57,957 nt of DNA, taken from a virus (taxonomy: Duplodnaviria; Caudoviricetes). The position numbers and the translations under genes are program-made. The notes beneath the pieces are model-generated. The model saw only the letters and a list, made by a program, of their open reading frames with translations. It had not been told where the DNA came from and did not search any database. The stretch is from positions 1 through 57,957 of IMG/VR virus record IMGVR_UViG_3300041583_000163, one strand, 5' to 3'. This document shows, one piece after another, positions 35,934-44,498 of this stretch (position 1 is the stretch's first letter; each line of letters starts with the position of its first letter).

Positions 35934-36842
35934 ATGGCAATTTCCCGCGCACAAATGCTTAAAGAGCTGCTCCCCGGCCTGAACGCCTTGTTCGGCCTGG
36001 AGTACAAGACCTACACCGAAGAGCACAAAGAGATCTTCGAGACCGAGTCCAGTGAGCGCTCCTTTGAAGAAGAAGTGAAGCTGTCTGGCTTTGCCACCGC
36101 CCCAACAAAAGCTGAAGGTGCGGCCATGGCCTTTGACAATGCACAGGAGGCATTCACCTCCCGCTATGTGCATGAGACTATTGTGCTGGGCTTTTCGGTG
36201 ACCGAGGAAGCCGTAGAAGACAACCTTTACGCCTCCGTGGCAGCTCGCTACACCAAGGCCCTGGCCCGCGCCATGGCCAACACCAAGCAGGTCAAGGCCG
36301 CTGCGGTGCTGAACAATGGTTTCAATGCTGCCTTTGCTGGTGGTGATGGCGTCTCCCTGTTCAGCACACAGCACCCCTTGGTTGGTGGCGGTGTGAACTC
36401 CAACACCCCGGCCATTCCGTCGGACCTCAATGAGACTGCGCTGGAGAATGCTGTGATCCAGATCTCTCAGTGGGTGGACGAGCGTGGCCTGCTGATCAAC
36501 GCCCGTGCTGTGAAGGCAGTGGTGCCCACTCAGTCTCAGTTCATCATTGAGCGCTTGATGAAGACAGACCTGCGGGTTGCCACGGCGGACAATGACATCA
36601 ACGCGCTGCGGTCCACTGGGGCCATCCCCCAGGGCTACCGAATTAACCACTACCTCACGGACCCCGATGCTTGGTTCCTTTGCACTGATGTTCCCAACGG
36701 CCTCAAGCACTTTGAGCGTGTTGCCCTGAAGACAGGAAGCGATTCCGATTTTGACTCTGGAAACATGCGATACAAGGCAAGGGAGCGTTACAGCTTCGGT
36801 TTCAGCGATCCTCTGGGCATGTTTGCCTCCCCAGGTGCATAA
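35934..36842 (+). CDS. Major capsid protein (Mu gpT-like family)
   Basis: MAISRAQ.LKEL.PGLNALFG.EY...S.RSFEEEV...YKARERYSFG.SD; followed by a terminator. Confidence 0.9.
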   Translation: MAISRAQMLKELLPGLNALFGLEYKTYTEEHKEIFETESSERSFEEEVKLSGFATAPTKAEGAAMAFDNAQEAFTSRYVHETIVLGFSVTEEAVEDNLYASVAARYTKALARAMANTKQVKAAAVLNNGFNAAFAGGDGVSLFSTQHPLVGGGVNSNTPAIPSDLNETALENAVIQISQWVDERGLLINARAVKAVVPTQSQFIIERLMKTDLRVATADNDINALRSTGAIPQGYRINHYLTDPDAWFLCTDVPNGLKHFERVALKTGSDSDFDSGNMRYKARERYSFGFSDPLGMFASPGA

Positions 36843-36862
36843 AGCACACTAAGGTACTACAG

Positions 36863-36887
36863 AAGGCCCACTTCGGTGGGCTTTTTC
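36863..36887 (+). terminator. Rho-independent terminator after the capsid gene
   Basis: AAGGCCCAC-TTCG-GTGGGCTTTTT. Confidence 0.9.
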
Positions 36888-36953
36888 ACGTCTGGTGTTT
36901 TTGGAGACTTGTAGGTTTATGTGATATAAACTAGTCTTACCAACAGGAACCCC

Positions 36954-38498
36954 ATGAGCCCACACCTAGCTGCACTCTCTCAAGACATCCAGGAGCTGTA
37001 CGATTTTTCAGAAGCCCTTTACCTAGGGGCGCTCACCAGAGTTCAGAACATTCGTTGCAAAGAGCACGGGGTTTTCTCACAGTACACCGGAGCTTTGCGG
37101 AAGGGAATAGGCTGCCCGCACTGCGGAAACGCAGCTAGAGGCGTGTCTAAAAGCAAGAGCGCAGGTGACTTCTTTTTACGTGCCGCCGCAACACATTTGG
37201 GTTTTTACACATACCCTCCGCAAGTGTTCCAAGGCATGAAACACCCCATACAAGCTGTTTGCCCTACTCACGGAGTTTTTAGTATCAAGGCGCTGAAGCA
37301 TTTGTATGACAAGCAAGGGTGCCCAGAATGCGGCGCCTTGAAGCGGGGTATTAGGCTAACGGATGTAAACGTGGGCGCTATGGCCGCAGCTACCAGCATT
37401 GCAAAAAACAGACCCCTGTTTTTTCAGCGTTCCGCCGAAATGCACAAAGGCTTCTATGACTACAGCCAAAGTGACTATCAAGGTGCCCGTAAAAAGCTGG
37501 ACATACTCTGCCCAAAGCATGGTGTTTTCAGTCAACTAGCAGGATCACACATGCGGGGTATGGGCTGCATGAAGTGCAGCAACACCAAGTCCAAAGAAGA
37601 AGACCGCATCTTCCAGCTGATGACCATCTACACCCCCACGCTGCAACGGGACCGCATCCTCATCAAACCCAAGGAGCTGGACATCTACATGCCCGAGCGT
37701 CAGCTGGCCATTGAGTACTGCGGGATGTACTGGCACAGCCACTTCACTGCTGAGGATGAGAAGCGGGACAAGAAGAAGCACATGGCCAAGTACCTTGCCT
37801 GCAAAGAGGCGGGGGTGCGCCTGCTGACCATCTATGAGTCCGAGTGGCTAGAGCATGAATACGCCCTGCGCCGGCTGCTTCGCAACGCTGCTGGTAAGTC
37901 CCGGGGTAAGCTGATGGCACGCAAGTGCGAGCTGCGCAAGGTGGAGGCCCCCGAGGCACGGGCGTTCTACAACAAGTACCACCCGCAGGGCGGCGCAGGC
38001 GCCGGAGAGCACTATGCACTGTTCTGGAAGGGAAAGATCGTGGCCTGTATGCGCTTCGTCTTGGGTGCCAACGACCGAGGCACGGGTGCTGCAAAACGCA
38101 CATGGACCTTGGGGCGCTACGCCACCCGGATCACGGTGGCAGGCGCTGCATCCAGGCTGTTCAAAGCCTTCCTGACAGAGTTCACGCCAGCAGAGGTGAA
38201 GAGCTTCTCGGACAACCGCTACTTTGACGGCGGCATGTACACACAGCTAGGGTTTACCCTAGAGGCAGATGTGATCCCGGACTACCAAGTGTGGAGCCCC
38301 AAGATCGGGGTGCGTCCAAAGTCGCATTACCAGCGCCGCGTTTTGCCTAAGCGATTGTTGGAGCATGGGATCGAAGACAGCTTTGACCCCGAGACAGACC
38401 CCCGCACGGAGCAGGACATGACCTTTCTGATGGGCGCAGGCCGCATCTACGATTGTGGTAAGAAGCGCTGGGTATGGACAGCTGCCCCCAAGCAGTGA
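36954..38498 (+). CDS. Hef-like homing endonuclease (three Zn-ribbon repeats, PD-(D/E)XK domain, GNAT-like C-terminus)
   Basis: 3 x C..HG.F...GC..C; ELDIY.P...LAIEYCG.YWHS; YDCGKKRW end. Confidence 0.75.
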   Translation: MSPHLAALSQDIQELYDFSEALYLGALTRVQNIRCKEHGVFSQYTGALRKGIGCPHCGNAARGVSKSKSAGDFFLRAAATHLGFYTYPPQVFQGMKHPIQAVCPTHGVFSIKALKHLYDKQGCPECGALKRGIRLTDVNVGAMAAATSIAKNRPLFFQRSAEMHKGFYDYSQSDYQGARKKLDILCPKHGVFSQLAGSHMRGMGCMKCSNTKSKEEDRIFQLMTIYTPTLQRDRILIKPKELDIYMPERQLAIEYCGMYWHSHFTAEDEKRDKKKHMAKYLACKEAGVRLLTIYESEWLEHEYALRRLLRNAAGKSRGKLMARKCELRKVEAPEARAFYNKYHPQGGAGAGEHYALFWKGKIVACMRFVLGANDRGTGAAKRTWTLGRYATRITVAGAASRLFKAFLTEFTPAEVKSFSDNRYFDGGMYTQLGFTLEADVIPDYQVWSPKIGVRPKSHYQRRVLPKRLLEHGIEDSFDPETDPRTEQDMTFLMGAGRIYDCGKKRWVWTAAPKQ

Positions 38499-38510
38499 CA
38501 TAATCACGTA

Positions 38511-38582
38511 ACCCCGGACTTCCGGTGTATCTGACGGCTCCGGGCCGACGACATGCAGACAGATACGCCTCAATGCATGCAA
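38511..38582 (+). ncRNA. Candidate Mu-gpT-DE-like structured RNA (double pseudoknot)
   Basis: P1 38513-18/38539-44, P2 38524-33/38560-69 (one G-U), P3 38552-57/38574-79; context capsid gene - terminator - element - small gene. Confidence 0.55.
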
Positions 38583-38591
38583 GGGATTATC

Positions 38592-38810
38592 ATGGGTAGC
38601 ACTACTTTTTCCGGCCCGGTCAACTCAGACAACGGTTTTGTGGGCTCAGTGCAGCTCCCTACCTTCACGGTGGCAAGCGCGCCCGCAGCGACGGGTCTGA
38701 CGGGCACCAGCATCTTTGTCTCCAATGGCCGCGCAGGCGCCCCTACTGTGGCGGTTTCGGATGGCACCAACTGGATCTCTTCGGCCGGCGTCACCATCGC
38801 TGCTGCATAA
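38592..38810 (+). CDS. Small virion protein (head-fibre-like)
   Basis: M.STTFSGPV.S.NGF...A.SDGTNW. Confidence 0.75.
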   Translation: MGSTTFSGPVNSDNGFVGSVQLPTFTVASAPAATGLTGTSIFVSNGRAGAPTVAVSDGTNWISSAGVTIAAA

Positions 38811-38820
38811 GGGGTGCCAC

Positions 38821-38973
38821 ATGAACAAGATGTTCAAACCAGCCTCGGCTGAAGAACTGGCCGCACGGGGTATCTTTCCATCAGCGCCCGTTGAGACTGC
38901 GCAGCTCGTGGAACCTATCGTCGCAAAGGTCGTAAAGCCCAAGAAGGCTTCGACCAAAGGTGATGTCCTGTGA
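38821..38973 (+). CDS. 50-aa hypothetical protein
   Basis: GGGG SD; coupled to the next gene. Confidence 0.55.
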   Translation: MNKMFKPASAEELAARGIFPSAPVETAQLVEPIVAKVVKPKKASTKGDVL

Positions 38974-39248
38974 GCGTTCAAACAGACGTTAAAAGCGTAC
39001 CCGTCACGGTCACCGCGACCGTGTATGGAGCAAGGACCCGTCTCAAGGGCATGCTGGTCATGCCGGGGGCTTCGACCGGATCGGTTGTTGTTCGAGACGG
39101 GGGTGCCTCAGGCGAGGTGCTGCTTAACATCCCGACGATCGGGGGCGAGTCTACGTTTTCTGTGATCATTCCGGGTGAGGGTGTCCTTTGCACGGTAGAC
39201 ATTCATGTGACGCTTAGCAACGCGACGGCCAACGTGTTCCATGGCTAA
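38970..39248 (+). CDS. Small virion structural protein
   Basis: TDVK...RLKG...IPGEGVL...VFHG. Confidence 0.7.
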   Translation: MSVQTDVKSVPVTVTATVYGARTRLKGMLVMPGASTGSVVVRDGGASGEVLLNIPTIGGESTFSVIIPGEGVLCTVDIHVTLSNATANVFHG

Positions 39249-39504
39249 AACACCAGCTTGGACCCGCAAGGAAGGCAAGGACCCCAAGGGGGGTCTGAAC
39301 GCCAAGGGTCGAGCCAGCTACAACAAAGCGAATCCGGGCAAGCCGGGGCTGAAGGCCCCTGCACCAACGCCCAAGACTCCAAAAGACGCTGCGAGGAAGA
39401 AGTCCTTTTGTGCTAGAAGCGCAGGGCAAGCTAAGATGTTTCCAAAAGCAGCTAAAGATCCCAACAGCCGATTAAACGCAGCGAGGAAAGTATGGAAATG
39501 CTAA
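39241..39504 (+). CDS. Small basic protein (DUF6321-like)
   Basis: PAWTRKEGK.PKGGLNAKGRAS...RKKSFCAR...DPNSR....WKC. Confidence 0.75.
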   Translation: MAKTPAWTRKEGKDPKGGLNAKGRASYNKANPGKPGLKAPAPTPKTPKDAARKKSFCARSAGQAKMFPKAAKDPNSRLNAARKVWKC

Positions 39505-39986
39505 TTGAAAACTGGGTTTCTGTGCATGGCTACGAAGGGCGCTATGAAATTAGTGACCAAGGAAGGGTTAAGTCTGTTCAAAGGTTTCGGCGCGGTAAGT
39601 CTGGCTGTATGGTGCCCATACCCGAAAAAATTATGCGGCCTGCCACTAAGAAGCGTTCTGCTAATGGGCGCACACTACCTTACATGGAGATAAAGTTTAG
39701 GGACGGTGGTACAAGAACGGAGCCGTCTCGTTCGTTTTTAGTGCATAGGCTTGTAGCTCAAGCTTTTGTCGGTGAGCTATACGAGGGCGCTCAAGTGGAT
39801 CACATCGACGGTGACCATCAAAATAACCACCGTAATAATTTGCGTATTTTATCGACTAAAGAACACGGGCGTTTGCATCCTTGTTTTGTAGATAAAGCGC
39901 GAAATGCTTCAATGCAAGCCGCAGCAAAAGCTAAATTAAGTGCTATGCGCATATCTGGGGAACTCGTAGGGCGGCACCGTGTGTAA
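39492..39986 (+). CDS. NUMOD4-HNH homing endonuclease
   Basis: ENW.SV.GYEG.YEISD.GRVKS; VHRLVA.AF; VDHIDG...NN...NL; AT-rich. Confidence 0.9.
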   Translation: MEMLIENWVSVHGYEGRYEISDQGRVKSVQRFRRGKSGCMVPIPEKIMRPATKKRSANGRTLPYMEIKFRDGGTRTEPSRSFLVHRLVAQAFVGELYEGAQVDHIDGDHQNNHRNNLRILSTKEHGRLHPCFVDKARNASMQAAAKAKLSAMRISGELVGRHRV

Positions 39987-40047
39987 CGGCCAACGAACCG
40001 AACAGCCCACCCGCAAGGCGCTCTCTCTCAAAGCCTGGAAATGTTGA
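39987..40047 (+). pseudogene. Relic 3' end of the DUF6321-like gene
   Basis: 40006-40047 reads PTRKALSLKAWKC*; 39986-40006 reads TANEPNS in an adjacent frame. Confidence 0.6.
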
Positions 40048-40048
40048 C

Positions 40049-40300
40049 ATGGAAATTACACTCTGGACTGCCCTTCTTACCGTGGGTATTGCTGCCGTGA
40101 GCTGGGTTCTCAAAGACAAGGCGGCAGAGTTGCAACGGGTGACGATCCTCCTGAACAAAACGCGAGAAGAGCTACCTCGGGACTACGTGACCAAGGCCGA
40201 AGTGCATGCGGACATCAACCGCGTTATAGTCCGGCTGGAGGCGCTTGACGCCAAGCTGGATCGGCTCCTTGAGTCCAAGTTTGTCGTCCGCAACCTTTAA
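40049..40300 (+). CDS. Membrane-anchored coiled-coil protein (possibly lysis-related)
   Basis: N-terminal TM segment; TREE...YV.K...R....L..KLD. Confidence 0.7.
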   Translation: MEITLWTALLTVGIAAVSWVLKDKAAELQRVTILLNKTREELPRDYVTKAEVHADINRVIVRLEALDAKLDRLLESKFVVRNL

Positions 40301-40311
40301 GGAAAAGCACC

Positions 40312-40515
40312 GTGAAACCACAATTCGCTCCAGGCAAAGACATGTCAGACATGTCACCGCAAGATGTTGCTGACGCCAAGCGCCGTGCCAAGGACAGCAA
40401 AGCGTATGACAAGGCCACGACGACCAAACCAGCGCCCAAGAAGATGAAGGCCGGCGGATCTGTGCGAGGTGACGGCTGCGCCAAAACTGGTAAGACCAAA
40501 GGGCGCATGCGCTGA
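40312..40515 (+). CDS. Small basic protein with MKAGG / RGDG.A..GKTKG end
   Basis: AAGGA SD; Lys-rich. Confidence 0.65.
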   Translation: MKPQFAPGKDMSDMSPQDVADAKRRAKDSKAYDKATTTKPAPKKMKAGGSVRGDGCAKTGKTKGRMR

Positions 40516-40523
40516 TCTGAACA

Positions 40524-40919
40524 ATGGCCGAAACCGCAACAAAGACCGATCCTGCCAAGTGGGAGCGGGCCAAGACAGCAGCCAAGGCCAAGATGGGCGG
40601 CAAGCACAGCGCTCGCGCCATGCAAGAGGCCACGCGAATCTACAAGGCCGGGGGTGGCGGGTACTCCGGGGCCAAGTCCTCAAGCAACAAGCTGTCCAAG
40701 TGGAGCAAGGAAGACTGGGGTACTAAGTCAGGAAAGCCGTCTACACAAGGCCCCAAGGCCACGGGTGAGCGGTACCTACCCAAGAAGGCACGAGACTCGC
40801 TCAGCTCGTCTGAGTACGCCGCCACCACCAAAGCCAAGCGCGCGGGCACCAAGGCGGGCAAGCAGAACGTGGCACAGCCCAAGAAGATCGCAAAAAAGAC
40901 TGCCGCCTTTCGCGACTAA
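40524..40919 (+). CDS. Basic protein (DUF5872-like)
   Basis: SARAMQ.A...YK..GGGY; KW.KEDWGTKSGK; GERYLPKKA. Confidence 0.75.
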   Translation: MAETATKTDPAKWERAKTAAKAKMGGKHSARAMQEATRIYKAGGGGYSGAKSSSNKLSKWSKEDWGTKSGKPSTQGPKATGERYLPKKARDSLSSSEYAATTKAKRAGTKAGKQNVAQPKKIAKKTAAFRD

Positions 40920-40936
40920 TCAACCAAGGAGCTGTC

Positions 40937-41107
40937 ATGGCCACCAAGAAACCGAACCCATTCCTAGAGATGATCGCCGCCAAGAAGGCGGGCAAGAAGG
41001 ACGCGAAGCCTGTCAAAGGTGGCAAGCCCACCAAAGGCGTCAATCCATTCGCCAAGACCGCGCCGCCTAAGAAGGGCGTGAACCCCTTCGCCAAGATGAA
41101 GAAGTAA
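40937..41107 (+). CDS. 56-aa Lys-rich protein with three NPF motifs (not in ORF track)
   Basis: AAGGAG SD; MATKKPNPFLEM...GVNPFAK...GVNPFAKMKK. Confidence 0.65.
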   Translation: MATKKPNPFLEMIAAKKAGKKDAKPVKGGKPTKGVNPFAKTAPPKKGVNPFAKMKK

Positions 41108-41110
41108 GAC

Positions 41111-41791
41111 ATGGCCACCTCGGGTACCTCCGCGTTCAACCTCGACCTCACTGAAATCCTCGATGAGGCCGCAGAAAGATGTAATTACGAGTTGCGTTCG
41201 GGGCATGACTTCAAGACTGCACGGCGCAGTTTGAACCTGTTGTTCGCTGACTGGAGCAATCAGGGGCTGCATATGTTCACCTTCGAGCAGCTTAATATCC
41301 CCTTGGTGCCGGGAACCACTACGTACGATCTGCCAGTGGACACCGTGGACATCATGGATGCGGTCATCCGAACCGGTACGGGCACGAACCAGTCCGACCT
41401 TGTGATTTCTAGAATTGCGCTGCCGACGTATCAGTCGATCCCGAACAAAAACAACACGGGTCGTCCGTTGCAGATGTTCATCCAGCGCTACACCGAGCCA
41501 AAGGTGTCATTCTGGCCGGTGCCTGACACCTCGATTCCATACACGTTCGTGTACTGGCGCCTGCGCCGCATTCAAGATGCCGGTACGGGTGTGAACACTC
41601 AGGACATGCCGTTTCGGTTTGTGCCGGCCATGGTGGCCGGGCTTGCCTACTATCTGAGCATGAAGCTGCCCGGGGGCTTGGAGCGTATGGGGATGCTAAA
41701 AGCTATGTACGATGAGACCATGCAGAACGCGATCGAAGAAGACCGTGAGAAAGCACCCATGCGTCTCGTGCCTTACATAGGTTTCAGATGA
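41111..41791 (+). CDS. Head-tail adaptor-like virion protein
   Basis: MATSGT..F.LD..EI.DEA.ER...TARRSLNL.FA.W.N...P.RF.PA.VAGLAYYL. Confidence 0.7.
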   Translation: MATSGTSAFNLDLTEILDEAAERCNYELRSGHDFKTARRSLNLLFADWSNQGLHMFTFEQLNIPLVPGTTTYDLPVDTVDIMDAVIRTGTGTNQSDLVISRIALPTYQSIPNKNNTGRPLQMFIQRYTEPKVSFWPVPDTSIPYTFVYWRLRRIQDAGTGVNTQDMPFRFVPAMVAGLAYYLSMKLPGGLERMGMLKAMYDETMQNAIEEDREKAPMRLVPYIGFR

Positions 41792-42042
41792 CACAGCGTT
41801 TTGCCGCCGGCCGACGAGCACATGGTTTTTGCGCCACCTGCTCCTTTCGGTACTTGCTGTCAGACTTGAGAGAGAACATCGTGCGTGGACGCCCAACAGG
41901 CGTGCTGGCATGTCCGACGTGTTACGACCCAGACCATCCTCAAAACTGGCTGGGGAGTTTCCCCGTTGATGATCCCCAGGCGCTTCGACGCCCCCGTCCC
42001 GATCCCGCGCTCGAAGCGTCGCGGGAAATTCCACCAAGTTAG
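41788..42042 (+). CDS. Small Zn-binding conserved protein
   Basis: CATC...CPTC.DPDHPQ...DPQALR.PRPD. Confidence 0.7.
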   Translation: MTQRFAAGRRAHGFCATCSFRYLLSDLRENIVRGRPTGVLACPTCYDPDHPQNWLGSFPVDDPQALRRPRPDPALEASREIPPS

Positions 42043-42050
42043 GGTTTACC

Positions 42051-42479
42051 ATGATGCACGACATGAAGAAGATGAAAGCTGGCGGCATGACCAAGATGAA
42101 AGCCGGCGGCATGACCAAGATGAAAGCCGGCGGCATGACCAAGATGGCCATGGGCGGTACCGCGATGATGCCTAAAATGAAAGCTGGTGGCGCCACCCAC
42201 AAGATGCCTGATGGCAAGATGATGGCGGGCAAAATGCACAAGATGAAGGCTGGCGGTATGGCCGAGAAGACCGTGAACAAGATGCCAGATGGCTCGATGA
42301 TGGCGGGCAAAATGCACAAGATGAAGGCTGGCGGTATGGCCGAGAAGACCGTGAACAAGCACGAGTCGCGGCTGCACCCTGGCAAGACAATGACCAAGAT
42401 GGCCATGGGCGGTGGTATCAAGATGCGTGGTACTGGTGCAGCTACCAAAGGCACCAAGTCCCGTGGGCCAATGGCATAA
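42051..42479 (+). CDS. Met/Lys/Gly-rich repeat protein (MKAGG x6)
   Basis: Low-complexity repeats; RG.GAATKG end. Confidence 0.75.
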   Translation: MMHDMKKMKAGGMTKMKAGGMTKMKAGGMTKMAMGGTAMMPKMKAGGATHKMPDGKMMAGKMHKMKAGGMAEKTVNKMPDGSMMAGKMHKMKAGGMAEKTVNKHESRLHPGKTMTKMAMGGGIKMRGTGAATKGTKSRGPMA

Positions 42480-42491
42480 GAGGCGCCCCCA

Positions 42492-43187
42492 GTGAACTAC
42501 ACAGATCTTTCGGCCAGCATTCGCGCCTACACAGAAAACGACTTCCCGGACTCGTTGCGGGCGGATGGTACGTTTTTCAGCACCGAGCAGCAGATCAATC
42601 TGTTTATCGTGCAGGCCGAGCAGCGCATATTCAACAACATTCAGTTCCCCTCGCTTCGCAAAAACGTGACGGGTACGGTGAACATGAATAGTAAATATGT
42701 GGCCTGCCCGCTGGACTTTTTGGCGGTGTATTCACTGGCGGTTATTGATGCTACGGGGCAGTACACGTTCCTGATCAACAAAGATGTGAACTACATCCGA
42801 GAGGCGTACCCGAACCCGACGGCGACAGGTCTGCCCAAGTACTACGCGTTGTTTGGCCCTGCGGTCTCGGGAGTGGTCATCACGCCCGAGCTGACCTTCA
42901 TCCTCGGCCCGACCTCAGACGCCAGCTACGTCTCCGAGCTGCACTATTTTTACTATCCAGAATCCATCACAACGGCCGGAACTTCCTGGCTAGGTGATAA
43001 TATCGACTCAGTCTTGCTGTATGGGGCGCTGGTAGAGGCATACACATTCATGAAGTCTGAGGTCGACATCGTCACGGGCATCGACGCCAAGTACAAGGAA
43101 GCGCTCAACTTGGCCAAGCGTCTCGGGGATGGTTTAGAGCGGGGCGATGCTTACCGCAACGGGCAAGCCCGAGTTCGGGTCACCTGA
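42492..43187 (+). CDS. Tail adaptor/tail tubular A-like protein
   Basis: MNY..L...I..YTE; G.PKYYA; LGPT.D..Y..ELHY; LLYG.LVEAY.FMK. Confidence 0.7.
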   Translation: MNYTDLSASIRAYTENDFPDSLRADGTFFSTEQQINLFIVQAEQRIFNNIQFPSLRKNVTGTVNMNSKYVACPLDFLAVYSLAVIDATGQYTFLINKDVNYIREAYPNPTATGLPKYYALFGPAVSGVVITPELTFILGPTSDASYVSELHYFYYPESITTAGTSWLGDNIDSVLLYGALVEAYTFMKSEVDIVTGIDAKYKEALNLAKRLGDGLERGDAYRNGQARVRVT

Positions 43188-43218
43188 GTACCTCGCAATC
43201 GAATATAAGGACTCACTG

Positions 43219-43410
43219 ATGCTGATCACCACCACACACGGCCCCATGGACGACGCGCTGCTTGAGCGCAAGACGGGCGTAGTAGACAACGAAATCGAGT
43301 GTACAGACTGGACCGAGTACTGGTTGTCTGGTGAGCTGGTACACCGCTCAGTGCATGTTCGATTGAAGACGTCCCCCGTGCTGTTCGCTGAAGCGGCAGC
43401 TATTGCATAA
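43219..43410 (+). CDS. Small conserved hypothetical protein
   Basis: AAGGA SD; W.EYWL.GELVHRSVHV.LK. Confidence 0.65.
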   Translation: MLITTTHGPMDDALLERKTGVVDNEIECTDWTEYWLSGELVHRSVHVRLKTSPVLFAEAAAIA

Positions 43411-43421
43411 AGGAAAATACC

Positions 43422-43901
43422 ATGGCAAATACCCAGGCGATGACCACGTCGTTCCTTCGAGAACTGCTGACGGCCACCCACAACTTCAGCACAGTCAACG
43501 TGGCCCACACTGCCGACACGGTGGACTCCTTCAAGGCAGCGCTGTTTGTTACCACTGCCACGATCAATGCGGCCACTACGGCATATTCGACGACCAACGA
43601 AGTCACAGGCACCGGCTACACAGCGGGCGGTGTGGCTGTCACAAACTCCACGAATCCGCTGGGCGCTAACACTTCGGCAACTGCAGGGGTTGCGTACTGG
43701 ACACCCGGAGCATCTATTTCCTACACGGACGTGACGCTCTCAACTGCTTTTGACACGGTGTTGATTTACAACTCCTCGCAAGGCAACCGGGCGGTTAGCG
43801 TTCACACCTTTGGCTCGCAGACAGTTACTGCGGGGACCTTTACGCTGACCATGCCCGCGAACTCGGCAACTTTGGGCTTGCTCCGTCTAGCCACAACGTA
43901 A
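43422..43901 (+). CDS. Virion structural (tail) protein
   Basis: QAM.TSF..ELL...HNF...FK.ALF...TTAYS..NEV.GTGYTAGG. Confidence 0.75.
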   Translation: MANTQAMTTSFLRELLTATHNFSTVNVAHTADTVDSFKAALFVTTATINAATTAYSTTNEVTGTGYTAGGVAVTNSTNPLGANTSATAGVAYWTPGASISYTDVTLSTAFDTVLIYNSSQGNRAVSVHTFGSQTVTAGTFTLTMPANSATLGLLRLATT

Positions 43902-43911
43902 GGGGTAGGAC

Positions 43912-44490
43912 ATGGCACTCGGCTGGGGTGACAACGCGTGGGGGGATAACGGCTGGGGCGGTACGCTGGAGATCTCCGGCGTTTCTGCTGCGGCTGCGCC
44001 GGGTGGTACTGGGACCTCCACGGCCCTCTCAATACTGGGCACCCAGGCCGCAGGCAGTGTTGGCTCGGTAGCATCGAGTGCTGTCGTCGCGCTTAGCGGC
44101 GTTCAGGCCAACGGGTTTGCAGGCACACCAAGCACGGCCCGCACCGTAGCACTTTCTGGCAATCAGGCAGCGGCCGAGGTAGGAACAGCAGCACCAGTAC
44201 GTACGCGCAGCCTCTCGGGTGTGCAAGCCACAGGGCTAATCGGGCAGCTAACTGCTACTCAGGGCGTCCAGGCACGTGCCGCTGTCGGAACGGTGGGCAC
44301 CAATGTATTCGTGGCGCTGACGGGTGTCGCCGGCACAGGTGCAGCGGGTAGCTTGCAGGTGCAGCGCACAAACGCGATACTGGGTCAGATAGCCGCCGGC
44401 GCTGCTGCGCGGGTAGGGGTCGACAACTGGATTCTCATTGACAACACGCAGGACCCCGGCTGGGTGGTGTTCGACACCAGCATAATTTAG
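43912..44490 (+). CDS. Gly/Ala-rich tail-associated protein
   Basis: GWG...WG...WG N-terminus; LSGVQA.G repeats. Confidence 0.7.
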   Translation: MALGWGDNAWGDNGWGGTLEISGVSAAAAPGGTGTSTALSILGTQAAGSVGSVASSAVVALSGVQANGFAGTPSTARTVALSGNQAAAEVGTAAPVRTRSLSGVQATGLIGQLTATQGVQARAAVGTVGTNVFVALTGVAGTGAAGSLQVQRTNAILGQIAAGAAARVGVDNWILIDNTQDPGWVVFDTSII

Positions 44491-44498
44491 GAAGCAAA

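Noticed and set aside
39492-39986. Group I intron around the HNH genes (also 14493-14963 and 36954-38498)
   Set aside because: The flanks are too short to hold a ribozyme core, and the neighbouring genes have intact ends.
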